A stretch of DNA of 64,000 nucleotides from an uncultured Acidobacteriota bacterium (GTDB lineage Bacteria > Acidobacteriota > UBA6911), in contig CAWIVH010000021.1 of NCBI GenBank assembly GCA_963839475.1, positions 585,265 through 649,264 on the forward strand. Direction: 5' to 3'. Made by a program: the position numbers and the translations under genes. Positions 49,015 through 58,803 of the stretch are shown in pieces. Each line of letters opens with the position of its first letter. Position 1 is the first letter of the stretch. A model generated the notes under the pieces. That model worked only from the letters and a program-made list of their open reading frames with translations. It was not told the origin of the DNA and ran no database searches.

Positions 49015-51225
49015 TCAGCGAGGGATGCCGGGAACCGCCGCAAGAAACCGGCGGGAATCGTCTCCATACAGTACTATCGCAGAGACGGGATCGTCCGAGG
49101 CGACTCGGATGTACCCATCTATTTGTGTGTACCCTGGCTCTTGCAGCAACTCGGAGAGCAACGCTGCATGCTGCCGGTAGGGCCCGAGTACAACAACGGC
49201 GGAGCGAAGGACTGTGCCGTCCGCCCCAACCATATCGAGAACCACACGCACGGATTTGTTGAGGTCATTCATCAATGAAACGCCGGTCCAATAGGAGATC
49301 CCGCCCAGGGCCCCTTGTGCCACCTGATTGAAGTGAAATTTGCTGTGGAGAGAAGTTGCCAGCTGGTAGCAGGAGGAGAGCGATCCGGACCCGTTCGACC
49401 ATGAATAAGAAAGGTCCCCTCCGATCCTGCCGCTTCCACTGCGCACCCGTACGTAGCCCGCAGTTAGATTCCCGCCTGAAGGAAGTATCGACGCGTCCAG
49501 CAGAAACGAGGCTTGCCCGCCGACGGCAATGTCCTGTTCCAGGGTACCAATCAATCGGCCGTCAGAATCAGAGAGGTCAAGATATACCGGACCGGCGCTG
49601 CCATCCATTTTCGTGACTCGAACCACAGTCTGCCACATGCCCGATCCGGATGGTCCCGCAACGAAATGCGCACCGACCAGGATGGGTCCAGATGTATCTC
49701 CGGAAACAGCATAGGAATTCGCGGTGGAACCGAATCGATCCCTGTAGGTAGTCAGACCTGAAATTTTCGAGCAGGTATCGGATTTGATGGAGTTGGAGTT
49801 GTTGCACGTAACCCTCAGGCTGGCCGCTGACGCATAATCCGGGAGAGACAGAATGCCGGAACCAGGTCCGAGATAAAAATCGCGCAGCCCCGCTCCAGCG
49901 ATGAAAAACTCCGGCTCCGCCGCCAGGACACGACCTTCCTGGTCGAGAAGCTCCAGCCGGACCATGACGTCGTCATAGCCCAGATTGAGTAGCGTGATCT
50001 CCGTGCTATCTCCATTTTGAAGGCGAAGATCGGGGAATACGAGCAGGCTGCTACCCGATTCCACACCAATGTTCCCGTCCAGTGCAGTTCCTGGTGCATC
50101 GCCTTCCAAAAACATGGCCTGCACGTCGCCTTCGTCGGAGTAGATCTCAATCCAGCCTAACTCGCCCGGACCCAGGATGGGCCGCCGGTCATCCTGATTC
50201 AAGCTGCGAAAGATTTCGCTCGGGTAGGCTGCAAACTGCTGACCAGCAGAAAACCTATAGGTCACCGGGTTCTCGATACCGTCCCCGGCGATTAATGCGC
50301 CGCTGTAATTACGGGCGATGTAGGTCACACGAATCTCACGATTCGCCGGATTGGTCACGGCCAGCCCCGTATCGTTGGTGAAACGCGGCAGGTAGGACTT
50401 ACCAGCCGGCTGGGAAACAAGACTATAGGGATTGGCGAAAAAGCTGGCCGCCGTGCGGGGCAGGTCGAACAAGACGCTGTTGATGGCACCGGTGGTATCT
50501 CGTTCGAGATCGTATTCGGCCTCTCCGTACGCGGGCTTCCCTGGTGCCACTTGGCCGTAATTGAACGACCAGTACATGCGAATCTTGTTTTGGAGAAAAA
50601 TTGGGGTGATTATTCCCCCGCCTACCTGTGCATTCAGGCCGTCATACCATGCGTAAGGCATGGAAATGCAACCCCAGCACGCGCCGACATATCCATGCGC
50701 AAGATTCTGCTTGCCCCTGGGGAGGCGCAAATCGTACAAAACGTAACTGCCATTGCCATCGATGAAACCATCGACGATAACCTTACCGTTACGGTCATAA
50801 AAGGAGAGCTGACTCGACTCGGCACCCTGGAAGCCTTTGCCAACAATCTGTCCCTGTTCGTCGAGCACATTCAACTCGACGTTGTTGTTTTTTCGTACCA
50901 CGCCTGCGACCCGGACACGTACATATTGCCGGCCCTGGCTGTCCCGACCGGCCCGGCTCAAAAGATTCACATTTATGTTGACTACATCAAGACCCCAGAA
51001 AGGCTCGGTAATCGAAACGGTTGTGCTGAACGAGACAAGCATGCTGAAAAATAGGGCATTCTCCCGCAGCGCCTGAGCGAATTCCTCAGAGGTGCTGTTC
51101 TCCAGACGCGGCATTGGCCGATCGTCAGCCACCAGGGCCCCGGCGGCAGCAAACGCCACGCAAAAGATGCAGAGGAATATGCGGTGCGGGATCCGCCTTA
51201 TTGCCAGCCGCTCCTCGGTGAACAT
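49015..51225 (-). CDS. Large secreted protein with repeated beta-sandwich modules
   Basis: Signal peptide; recurring TGLAVTNP / TEITLLN / TGVSLMN..GYIRV modules. Confidence 0.7.
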   Translation of the reverse strand: MFTEERLAIRRIPHRIFLCIFCVAFAAAGALVADDRPMPRLENSTSEEFAQALRENALFFSMLVSFSTTVSITEPFWGLDVVNINVNLLSRAGRDSQGRQYVRVRVAGVVRKNNNVELNVLDEQGQIVGKGFQGAESSQLSFYDRNGKVIVDGFIDGNGSYVLYDLRLPRGKQNLAHGYVGACWGCISMPYAWYDGLNAQVGGGIITPIFLQNKIRMYWSFNYGQVAPGKPAYGEAEYDLERDTTGAINSVLFDLPRTAASFFANPYSLVSQPAGKSYLPRFTNDTGLAVTNPANREIRVTYIARNYSGALIAGDGIENPVTYRFSAGQQFAAYPSEIFRSLNQDDRRPILGPGELGWIEIYSDEGDVQAMFLEGDAPGTALDGNIGVESGSSLLVFPDLRLQNGDSTEITLLNLGYDDVMVRLELLDQEGRVLAAEPEFFIAGAGLRDFYLGPGSGILSLPDYASAASLRVTCNNSNSIKSDTCSKISGLTTYRDRFGSTANSYAVSGDTSGPILVGAHFVAGPSGSGMWQTVVRVTKMDGSAGPVYLDLSDSDGRLIGTLEQDIAVGGQASFLLDASILPSGGNLTAGYVRVRSGSGRIGGDLSYSWSNGSGSLSSCYQLATSLHSKFHFNQVAQGALGGISYWTGVSLMNDLNKSVRVVLDMVGADGTVLRSAVVVLGPYRQHAALLSELLQEPGYTQIDGYIRVASDDPVSAIVLYGDDSRRFLAAVPGIPR

Positions 51226-51402
51226 CGCGCACCTCAAAGAATCCGTTAAGTTAGATCGAATCCGGTGGTGAAAGTCTCAATAGGATGACGTACGTCGAAG
51301 AACAGAGGCTGCGGAAAAAGTCCGGTCCCACGGCAAGCAGCAAAGGCCCCGTTTCCGGCCGATCAGCATCGGGTCGGTATTGATCCTCAGCGGACACTGG
51401 CG

Positions 51403-51807
51403 TTAATGACCCATTCGTACTATTTCGTCCCACTCTTCCCTGCTGACTGGAGAGACGGCGATGCGCTGGATCTTGAGAAAGGCCATTCCCGACAGCCTTT
51501 GGTTCTCCCTCATGGCGGCCAGTGGCACCGGTTTCTTGAAAAAGGCACCCGGCTCCATATCCACCACCATCATTTTCCGCTCACAGTCCTTGGGATCCGG
51601 ATAGGGATCTGACAAGACCTTCGCCGTCCCGATTACGGCTTTATCGGGCGCCGTATGATAGATGAGAGCCTTATCACCTTTTTTGAAACTGCGGAGATGC
51701 TTTTGGGCCAAGCTGCCCGCTATGCCATCCCACACGGTCTTCTTGTCTTTCAGCAAATCACCAAATCCATACGATTTGGGATCCGCTAGCAACAGCCAAT
51801 GATTCAC
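51403..51807 (-). CDS. EVE-domain protein
   Basis: HWLL..DP..Y, TVWDG, KKGD.ALIYH, YPDP; GTG start with SD. Confidence 0.88.
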   Translation of the reverse strand: MNHWLLLADPKSYGFGDLLKDKKTVWDGIAGSLAQKHLRSFKKGDKALIYHTAPDKAVIGTAKVLSDPYPDPKDCERKMMVVDMEPGAFFKKPVPLAAMRENQRLSGMAFLKIQRIAVSPVSREEWDEIVRMGH

Positions 51808-52098
51808 ATCAGACTCCCGATGCTGAATTGGGCGAGATTTAGGCCCCGCAAATTGCGTTGTTGACGAACTGCACTTCTTCCCTATGGTACTCAACGGGAG
51901 CTCTAAAGGCAAAAGAGACGTTGGATTTGTACGGACGGCGCGAAGTGTGCGCTGGGGCAGATATCGAAATCAGGGAGTGCGGCCGGCCCAATCTGTACCG
52001 GGATTAGAACCGGCCGGTCTGGCCTCGCTGTGATACATTGATCTCACGCCGCTCGAACCTGCATCATTCGGGCTGCAACAATCCAAAGGAGGCGTCCA

Positions 52099-52572
52099 AT
52101 GACCCATGAAAGCATGAAGCAGACTCTCAAGAGCATGAGGGATTATTTTAACCGTTCGACACGGCCGCTCGCCGAGGAGCACTCCAGCTTTGCCCCACAG
52201 GAGGGACTCTATACGGTGGCTGGCCTGGTCGCCCATGTTGCTCAAACGATCGAATGGTTCTATGAAGGGGCTTTTGCCAATGAATGGCGTATGGATTTCG
52301 AGGTTATGGACAAGGAGGTTCGAGGAATGACGAGCCTCGCGCAAGCACGCGTCTGGTTCGATCGTGCCATAGAAAAGGCTCTCTATGAGACTGAAAAACA
52401 CAGCGAAGAGGAATGGGCAAGCCTCTTTCCGCCCAATCCCATTATGGGAGAGGTCCCGCGCTTCTCGATCCTTGAAGGGGTGATGGACCACACCGCTCAT
52501 CACCGTGGTGCTCTCACCGTGTATCAACGTCTGTTGGGGCTCAAGCCTCCCATGCCGTATATGGAGGGCTGA
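52099..52572 (+). CDS. DinB-family protein
   Basis: LVAHVA, DHTAHHRGALTVYQR.LG..PP. Confidence 0.88.
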   Translation: MTHESMKQTLKSMRDYFNRSTRPLAEEHSSFAPQEGLYTVAGLVAHVAQTIEWFYEGAFANEWRMDFEVMDKEVRGMTSLAQARVWFDRAIEKALYETEKHSEEEWASLFPPNPIMGEVPRFSILEGVMDHTAHHRGALTVYQRLLGLKPPMPYMEG

Positions 52573-52780
52573 AAAAGCGTCTGCCGAGTCGGTTCTCACG
52601 CCGTGAAGGATGTGCGAATACCCTGCCGCTTCCGTCTCGGCAGTGGAAGTAGACTTAGCCTGGGGGAAACAGCCCGCTGGTTGTTTAGGGGCGGAGGTGG
52701 CGTCCCATAGTGGACGATTTCCGCAACTGAGCGGGATCTTCAGTATCAGTATTGAGGACTTCTCTGGAGTGCTTGCTGAA

Positions 52781-53020
52781 TCAAGCTACATCCAGCATTT
52801 TGTTTGCGTAGTCTCTCCCTGAAGTCGGTGGGGGCAAAGGCTTATTATCCTTTTTATAGATCTCGATCACTTCTTCCACAATCGAGCACAATTCCCCAAA
52901 AACCTGCTTTTCATCGTCTCCATGGCAGCCCCCATAAATCAGACCCGGACAGCTTCCAACAAAGCACTGGTCTTCCTCCGACCATTCGACTATTTTTACG
53001 TACTTTGCGCTTTCCTTCAT
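52781..53020 (-). CDS. hicB: HicB-family antitoxin
   Basis: VEWSEEDQCFVGSCPGL, HGDD, KPLPPP; ATGA overlap with hicA. Confidence 0.8.
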   Translation of the reverse strand: MKESAKYVKIVEWSEEDQCFVGSCPGLIYGGCHGDDEKQVFGELCSIVEEVIEIYKKDNKPLPPPTSGRDYANKMLDVA

Positions 53021-53215
53021 TTTTTCGATTCCTCAATAGCTAATCGGACTGCTGTCTCCTGGTATGCGTGTGCATCATCTCCATCTTTTCCGGAAATTGT
53101 CACTGGCCTGGAAACCTTCGGGTGCACAAAATTACGGTGGCTTCCCCTTCCTCCGCGATCAACAAAGCCGGCAGCCTTTAAGTCCGTGTATCAGCTCCCT
53201 TATTTTTCGCGGCAT
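53017..53215 (-). pseudogene. hicA: HicA toxin, frameshifted
   Basis: MPRKIRELI, then one extra base, then DLKAAGFVDRGGRGSHRNFVHP..VTISG..DA.AYQ; 199 nt = 3n+1. Confidence 0.8.
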
Positions 53216-53421
53216 AGCCTAAGATCACTTTTGTCTTACAACGCCTTTTAACCATACATCGAGATCATCTATGGTCAATTTTTGTATTTTATCCCACGAT
53301 GGATTTCTAAACCAGGAGCCTGGAAGGTTTTGCAGACATTCACGGATGGTCATTCCTCCGAAAAGCCATTATAGGGGATAACTGCTTTGGAGGCCACTGC
53401 TTCGGCATAATCAGGCAGGCG

Positions 53422-53498
53422 TGGCGTCCCCAACGGGATTCGAACCCGTGTTGCCGCATTGAAAGCGCGGTGTCCTAGGCCGACTAGACGATGGGGAC
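53422..53498 (-). tRNA. tRNA-Glu(UUC)
   Basis: GTCCCCA/TGGGGAC acceptor stem; anticodon loop CT-TTC-AA; GGTTCGAATCC; encoded CCA. Confidence 0.97.
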
Positions 53499-53508
53499 GC
53501 AAGCGGGA

Positions 53509-53536
53509 ATTATACGCTTTCAGATTCTGATTTCAA
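53509..53536 (-). promoter_or_regulatory. Stable-RNA promoter of tRNA-Glu
   Basis: TTGAAA-16 nt-TATAAT followed by GC-rich discriminator TCCCGC. Confidence 0.75.
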
Positions 53537-53647
53537 GCGATCTTCCGCTTTAAAAAGCGTAAACTGGGCCGGCAGACACTCGAAGCCTCATTTTATGAAC
53601 TGATCGCGGAGGAATTTCCTCCAGCCGAAAAATCCGGAGATATCGAA

Positions 53648-54466
53648 ATGAAGCCGCTGATAACTTTGCTGATCTGCCTGGCACTCTCTGCCCTTCTAAT
53701 TGCCCAGCAACCCGCCGCCGGCCCGCCCAAAATACAGACGCTCATAATCACCGGGCAAAACGGGCACGATTGGCGGGGCACAACTCCGCTCCTGCGTAAA
53801 CAGCTGGAAGACACCGGCCGGTTCACCGCCCGTGTAACCGAGGAATTCCGCGGGGCCGGACCCGAAACCCTCGCACCTTACGATCTCGTGGTGGTCAATT
53901 ATTATGAGCAGCGCAAGCCCGAACTACGCTGGGGTGAAAGGGCTGATAGTGCCTTTTTGGAGTTTGTCCGGTCGGGCAAAGGGATCGTAATTTACCATTT
54001 TTCGGTCGCTGCTTTCGATGGATGGACAGAGTATGAAAAGCTTTGCGGCGGCAACTGGCGGCCGAATAACGGGCATCACTCTGCCGCCCATGACTTCAAG
54101 GTCGAGATCAAGGATGCCGATCATGCGATCACTCGCGGGCTTAAAATGCAATTCCCGCAACCCAATGATGAGCTCTACGCCAATCTTCGCTGGCAGCCTG
54201 TCGGGCAATACCATGTCCTCGCGACCGCATGGGATGAGCATGCGCTTTACAAAGGCAAAGCTAAACAGCCCATTCCAGGCGACGGGCTGAATCATCCGAT
54301 GCTTTGGACTACCCAGGAGGGAAAGGGGCGCATCTTTATCACAGCGCTTGGCCATGATATCGCTGCAGTTCAGACCCCGGCATTCACAACCACCTTTACC
54401 CGGGGTGCCGAATGGGCAGCAACCGGCAGTGTAACGTTGCCGGTGCCGGAGGCGATGGCACGCTGA
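53648..54466 (+). CDS. Secreted ThuA-like domain protein
   Basis: Signal peptide; ITGQNGHDW, DELY, GKGRIFITALGH. Confidence 0.85.
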   Translation: MKPLITLLICLALSALLIAQQPAAGPPKIQTLIITGQNGHDWRGTTPLLRKQLEDTGRFTARVTEEFRGAGPETLAPYDLVVVNYYEQRKPELRWGERADSAFLEFVRSGKGIVIYHFSVAAFDGWTEYEKLCGGNWRPNNGHHSAAHDFKVEIKDADHAITRGLKMQFPQPNDELYANLRWQPVGQYHVLATAWDEHALYKGKAKQPIPGDGLNHPMLWTTQEGKGRIFITALGHDIAAVQTPAFTTTFTRGAEWAATGSVTLPVPEAMAR

Positions 54467-54559
54467 AGAGCACCGATGGAAGCTTTGTCCCGCATTTGGG
54501 GTCGCTAGCCAAAGATAGTATTATTCTGCTCACACCGACCCACCCCGATAGGAGGATTT

Positions 54560-55888
54560 GTGTCGCAGATCCAATCGCAAAAGCATTCCTGCAAGTTGCA
54601 TCTGGCTGCGTTATTCGCTCCCCTGATCCTGCTGGCTGCCGCCTCCGCGATGCCGCAGAAACCGGCTATTAAAAAAACCACGGTCCTTAAACCAGCCCGT
54701 GTTTTCGATGCCGTCGACGGGAAAATTCATGAAGGCTGGGTTGTGGTTGTGGAAGCTGATCGAATCGCCCTGGTCGGGCCGGATCAGCAAATCAGAGCTG
54801 CGGACGACGCCGCTCTGATCAACCTGCCCGGCATGACCCTCTTGCCCGGGCTCATGGATGTCCACTCTCATATTTTCCTTCATCCATACAACGAAACCCT
54901 GTGGAATGACCAGGTTTTGAAGGAGCCACCGGCTTATCGTACCTTGAAGGCCGCGCAGCATGCCCGTGACACTCTCATGTCCGGCTTCACACTCCTGCGC
55001 GATCTGGGCACGGAAGGAGCAGGCTACGCAGATCTTTCCGTTCAGCGGGCGATCGAAGACGGCCTCATTCCCGGGCCTCGGCTCCTTGTCGCAACCCTCG
55101 CCATTGTGGCGACGGCGAGTTATGGCCCCGGTCCGCTCGGCTTCGCTCCCGACCTCGACCTGCCCAAAGGCGCCCAGGAGGTCAGCGGAAGTGCAGAGAT
55201 ATTGAAAGCCGTGCGTGAACAGGCCGGGCATGGAGCGGATTGGATCAAGGTTTATGCCGACTATCGCAGGGGACCCAAGGGAACCGCCACGCCGACCTTC
55301 AGTGAGGAGGAGCTTCGCACCCTGGTTCAAGAATCCCACGCTTCGGGGCGCATGGTGGCATCCCACGCGGCGACAGCCGAGGGGATGCGGCGATCGGTCG
55401 AAGCAGGAGTCGAAACCATCGAGCATGGTTACGGAGGAACATCCGAGGTCTTTAAGCTGATGGCCGCCAAGAAAGTCGCTCTTCTGCCCACCCTGACGGC
55501 CGGCGCCGCTTATGCCGAATATTTCGACGGCTGGAAGCCCGGGCAAAGACCGACTCCTGCCATGCAACAGTCCGAAAAGGCATTCAAGCTTGCACTGGAT
55601 CTCGGTGTCATCATCGGCCTGGGAAGCGATGTCGGTGTCTTCGCTCACGGCGCCAATCACCGGGAACTCGAGTGGATGGTCCAATACGGCATGTCTCCGG
55701 CTCAGGCCTTGCTGGCAGCCACTTCAGTCAACGCGCGAATTATCCGGATGGAAGATAAGCTGGGACAGATCCGGCCGGGGCTGTTCGCGGACCTTATCGC
55801 GGTGGAAGGCGATCCGATCCAGAATATCGCCGCCTGTCGCAAGGTAGCCTTCGTGATGAAGGGGGGCACGATTTATAAAAGGCCCTGA
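54560..55888 (+). CDS. Amidohydrolase family protein (prolidase-like)
   Basis: LPGLMDVHSH, GADWIKVY, TIEHG, GSD, ADLIAVEGDP. Confidence 0.92.
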   Translation: MSQIQSQKHSCKLHLAALFAPLILLAAASAMPQKPAIKKTTVLKPARVFDAVDGKIHEGWVVVVEADRIALVGPDQQIRAADDAALINLPGMTLLPGLMDVHSHIFLHPYNETLWNDQVLKEPPAYRTLKAAQHARDTLMSGFTLLRDLGTEGAGYADLSVQRAIEDGLIPGPRLLVATLAIVATASYGPGPLGFAPDLDLPKGAQEVSGSAEILKAVREQAGHGADWIKVYADYRRGPKGTATPTFSEEELRTLVQESHASGRMVASHAATAEGMRRSVEAGVETIEHGYGGTSEVFKLMAAKKVALLPTLTAGAAYAEYFDGWKPGQRPTPAMQQSEKAFKLALDLGVIIGLGSDVGVFAHGANHRELEWMVQYGMSPAQALLAATSVNARIIRMEDKLGQIRPGLFADLIAVEGDPIQNIAACRKVAFVMKGGTIYKRP

Positions 55889-55903
55889 AAAGGAGAAAAC
55901 AGA

Positions 55904-56242
55904 TCAGGAATCTTCCGGCTTCTGCAAACGAAGCCTCAGCAGGTGGCTCGGATTGTATTGCTTCTGCGACCACTGGTAGCCGCTGGCGAATTCAACCCCG
56001 ACGAAATATCCGGTCAGTTGAAAAAAACAATATTTGACCTTTCCGATATATTCACCGCTCGGGTAAAGGATGGTGATTGGCGCAGATTCCTGTATCGGAT
56101 CCTCCACCTGAAGGCAAGCACCATGAGCGGAGATATCCTCCAGGGTGGCGTAGGCTTCCCTTGCCTCGCCGTCGCCGTTCATCCAGCGGACCTTCAGAAG
56201 ATCCGCGCAAAGATTCCTCTCAAACCTGCGAGTCCGTTTCAT
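55904..56242 (-). CDS. Single-domain PilZ protein
   Basis: RRFER (RxxxR) and DISAHG (DxSxxG). Confidence 0.85.
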   Translation of the reverse strand: MKRTRRFERNLCADLLKVRWMNGDGEAREAYATLEDISAHGACLQVEDPIQESAPITILYPSGEYIGKVKYCFFQLTGYFVGVEFASGYQWSQKQYNPSHLLRLRLQKPEDS

Positions 56243-56299
56243 GCACAAAATATCGGCAGACAACTCCTTGGAGTTTAGCTCAACTGGAATTTTTGCCGA

Positions 56300-58504
56300 T
56301 CAGGGCTCATATTCGCGCTCCGTATAGGCACGAATCTCGTCTTCTTCAAACCAGATCCGCTTGTATTCCCCGCGGCTGAACAAGCGGATTTGATCACGGG
56401 CGTGCGGGGAGTCTGCACTGGTCGTCTGGCCATAGGCAAGGATGGAATAGGCCGTGACCGGCTTGGTGAACTCCACGGCTAACACCCAGGCGTCACCGAA
56501 TCCGACGGGAGGATCGCCGGGTTTTATCAGTCCGGCGACTCGCAAACTTCCTTCGGAAGGCTGGAACCGAACTACGCGAAACAGACCGTAGGTTCCAGAA
56601 GCGCCGTCGCCGGGCAAATCGATCCCGGGAAAGCGGAAACGGTGAACCTCACCCCATGCGACTCCAAGACCGCCGTAATCTTTCCGGACTGAAGCTGCCG
56701 CGGTCTCAAAGATGCTCACCGCCAGGGCAGGATCGGCCAATCCCTTGGGAGTCTGCATGGGATCCACCGGATCCCAGGGTGTCTGATAAGGCTGTGGCAG
56801 AGCTGCGATATATTGGTCCCAGAATCGCTGGAATAAAACCCCGCCGCGGCTCGCCGCCTCGACCGTATTGTCCCAGGATTCCAACACGGACCATCCTTCG
56901 CGGATATCTTCGGAGGGATTCTTCCTTGCGCGCAGGGCTTCCATGAGGCTGGGCTTGACGCGATCGGCTAAAAGCATGTGGTCATTAAACTTAAGCCGCT
57001 TTACTTCATCCATCGAAAACTTCTGTGCACCGTCAAGCATCCCTAACGCCACTTGGGGACGCAAAGCAAGCTCCGCCTCCTTTTCCAGGTATGCGGGAAA
57101 CTTTTTGGGATCTATGGGGGCCCGGAGTGTGGTGTACCATGGGGGATTGTTGCAGTTTTGTATATACCCGCCCGCAGGATTTAGAAGGTGCGGCAGTTCT
57201 GCCAGACGATGCACCTTATCCGAGACATGTCTGCTGTCCTCCGCCGGAATATCCAGGGAATAATCGGTGCCGTCGGCAGGCCGGCGCGGAACCCGGGCAT
57301 TCCATTGATAAAGGATATTCCCGTCGGCATCAGCATAAGTGAAGTTCGAAGTGGGAATGTACCCCCGTGAAAGAGAGCTCCGGAACTCCTTGAGGTTTTT
57401 CGCCTTGGTTAGAAGGTTGAATCCTTCATAATAGCGGCAGGCATCGATCAAAGTTGATTTCACGGCGAAGGCGTGGTCCTTGTCGCGATAGATAATGCGG
57501 CCGAGATGCGACTCCCAATAGACTCTGGAGAGGCGCTTCAGGCCGCCTCCCGAATCCCGCACTTCGATAGAAACCTCCCTGCGCACCAGGGGTCGGGACT
57601 GGCCATAAAACTTGTAGTGATCAGGCTTTCCCGGATCAAGGGTTAGGGCGAAGATATCGGTCGTATCCGGCGAATTGTTGGTCGTAACCCAGCCGAGGCG
57701 CCCATTGAATCCCGCCCGCAAAACCGGAATCCCAGCCAGAGTTGAGCCGAAGAAATTCACTTTCCCCGGAACCGTGATCTGAGCTTCCCAGTAGAGTGAA
57801 TTCCAATTGAGATGCGGATTTCCCAGGAGGATCGGCACTCCGGAAACCGTTCGCGTTCCGGCCAGGGCAAAGGCATTGGACCCTGCTTCTTCATCGACCC
57901 AATCGCCGGCGGCCGGAGGAACGGCCAGCGTAACAATCTCAGGTCCTTGCTTCTCGGGTTCGCCCCTGGGAGTAGGATATTTCTTCCTCAGCTGTCTTAC
58001 CGCCTCAGGGGAATGAACCTGACGGACCGCGCCGGCGCGCCGATGGGCCATCACATCTGCTGCTGAAAAAAGGGGTATCCAGGCGGGCAATTCCGAGCGG
58101 TGCAGATCCACGTAGCGGTTGAATCCCCGGACATAGGCAGATACCCATTTCCTGTATTCCCTGGAAATCCGGGAGAGATCGCGCTCGGATTCTCTGGCAA
58201 CTTCATAGAATTTGATCAGAAAATCGTTTTCGATGCCGGTGCCAAAGTACTTCGCCTCTTCTCCCCTGGCCGAGACGTAGGCTCGCGCAATGGCAACGCA
58301 ATGATCTTCCGCCTGGGCATACCCCAGAGCATAGGCGGCGCTCTCTTCGGTCGCAGCCAAAATGTGGGGAATTCCATACGAATCGCGCCGGATTTTGGGC
58401 GTAACAAAATCCGATGCCCCAATCGGATCCGTTGAGAAGCAGATGCACAACAGCACGAGCAAAATGGAATGTAATGACTTTCTGTGGCATTGGAGATCCC
58501 TCAT
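56300..58504 (-). CDS. Penicillin acylase family (Ntn hydrolase)
   Basis: RDSYGIPHI, GSNAFAL catalytic Ser, NPHL, NFTYADADGNI. Confidence 0.92.
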   Translation of the reverse strand: MRDLQCHRKSLHSILLVLLCICFSTDPIGASDFVTPKIRRDSYGIPHILAATEESAAYALGYAQAEDHCVAIARAYVSARGEEAKYFGTGIENDFLIKFYEVARESERDLSRISREYRKWVSAYVRGFNRYVDLHRSELPAWIPLFSAADVMAHRRAGAVRQVHSPEAVRQLRKKYPTPRGEPEKQGPEIVTLAVPPAAGDWVDEEAGSNAFALAGTRTVSGVPILLGNPHLNWNSLYWEAQITVPGKVNFFGSTLAGIPVLRAGFNGRLGWVTTNNSPDTTDIFALTLDPGKPDHYKFYGQSRPLVRREVSIEVRDSGGGLKRLSRVYWESHLGRIIYRDKDHAFAVKSTLIDACRYYEGFNLLTKAKNLKEFRSSLSRGYIPTSNFTYADADGNILYQWNARVPRRPADGTDYSLDIPAEDSRHVSDKVHRLAELPHLLNPAGGYIQNCNNPPWYTTLRAPIDPKKFPAYLEKEAELALRPQVALGMLDGAQKFSMDEVKRLKFNDHMLLADRVKPSLMEALRARKNPSEDIREGWSVLESWDNTVEAASRGGVLFQRFWDQYIAALPQPYQTPWDPVDPMQTPKGLADPALAVSIFETAAASVRKDYGGLGVAWGEVHRFRFPGIDLPGDGASGTYGLFRVVRFQPSEGSLRVAGLIKPGDPPVGFGDAWVLAVEFTKPVTAYSILAYGQTTSADSPHARDQIRLFSRGEYKRIWFEEDEIRAYTEREYEP

Positions 58505-58803
58505 CGCCCTCCCCTTCCTCCTTTTTGGACAGGCTGCGATCCACAATCTTTAACACAAACCAAATCCAGATCAAACCTGGGGATTGAGCGACCACCATGG
58601 AGAAAATCAACCGGCAGATCGTGACCGATGGCTACGTCTCTTTCCCCAGTGGCGCTTCGGGCGCGGCAGATCCGCGCACCATCCCACCACAAATCAGCCT
58701 GATTAATAGGCTCTCGGCTGTGATTGTCGGGATTTTATGCACTTTGGCCTGGCTATTAGTTTGTGCTTGATGCCCGGCACAGGTCTATGTCCTAATTGTC
58801 GGC

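Larger units (their letters stand above)
52697..53430. mobile_element. Minimal genomic islet at the tRNA-Glu 3' end
   Basis: Direct repeat GTGGCGTCCC at 52697-52706 and 53421-53430 flanking AT-richer hicAB. Confidence 0.55.

Noticed and set aside
58607-58780. 57-codon ORF upstream of the wHTH regulator
   Set aside because: No clear SD or motif, and it overlaps the likely promoter region
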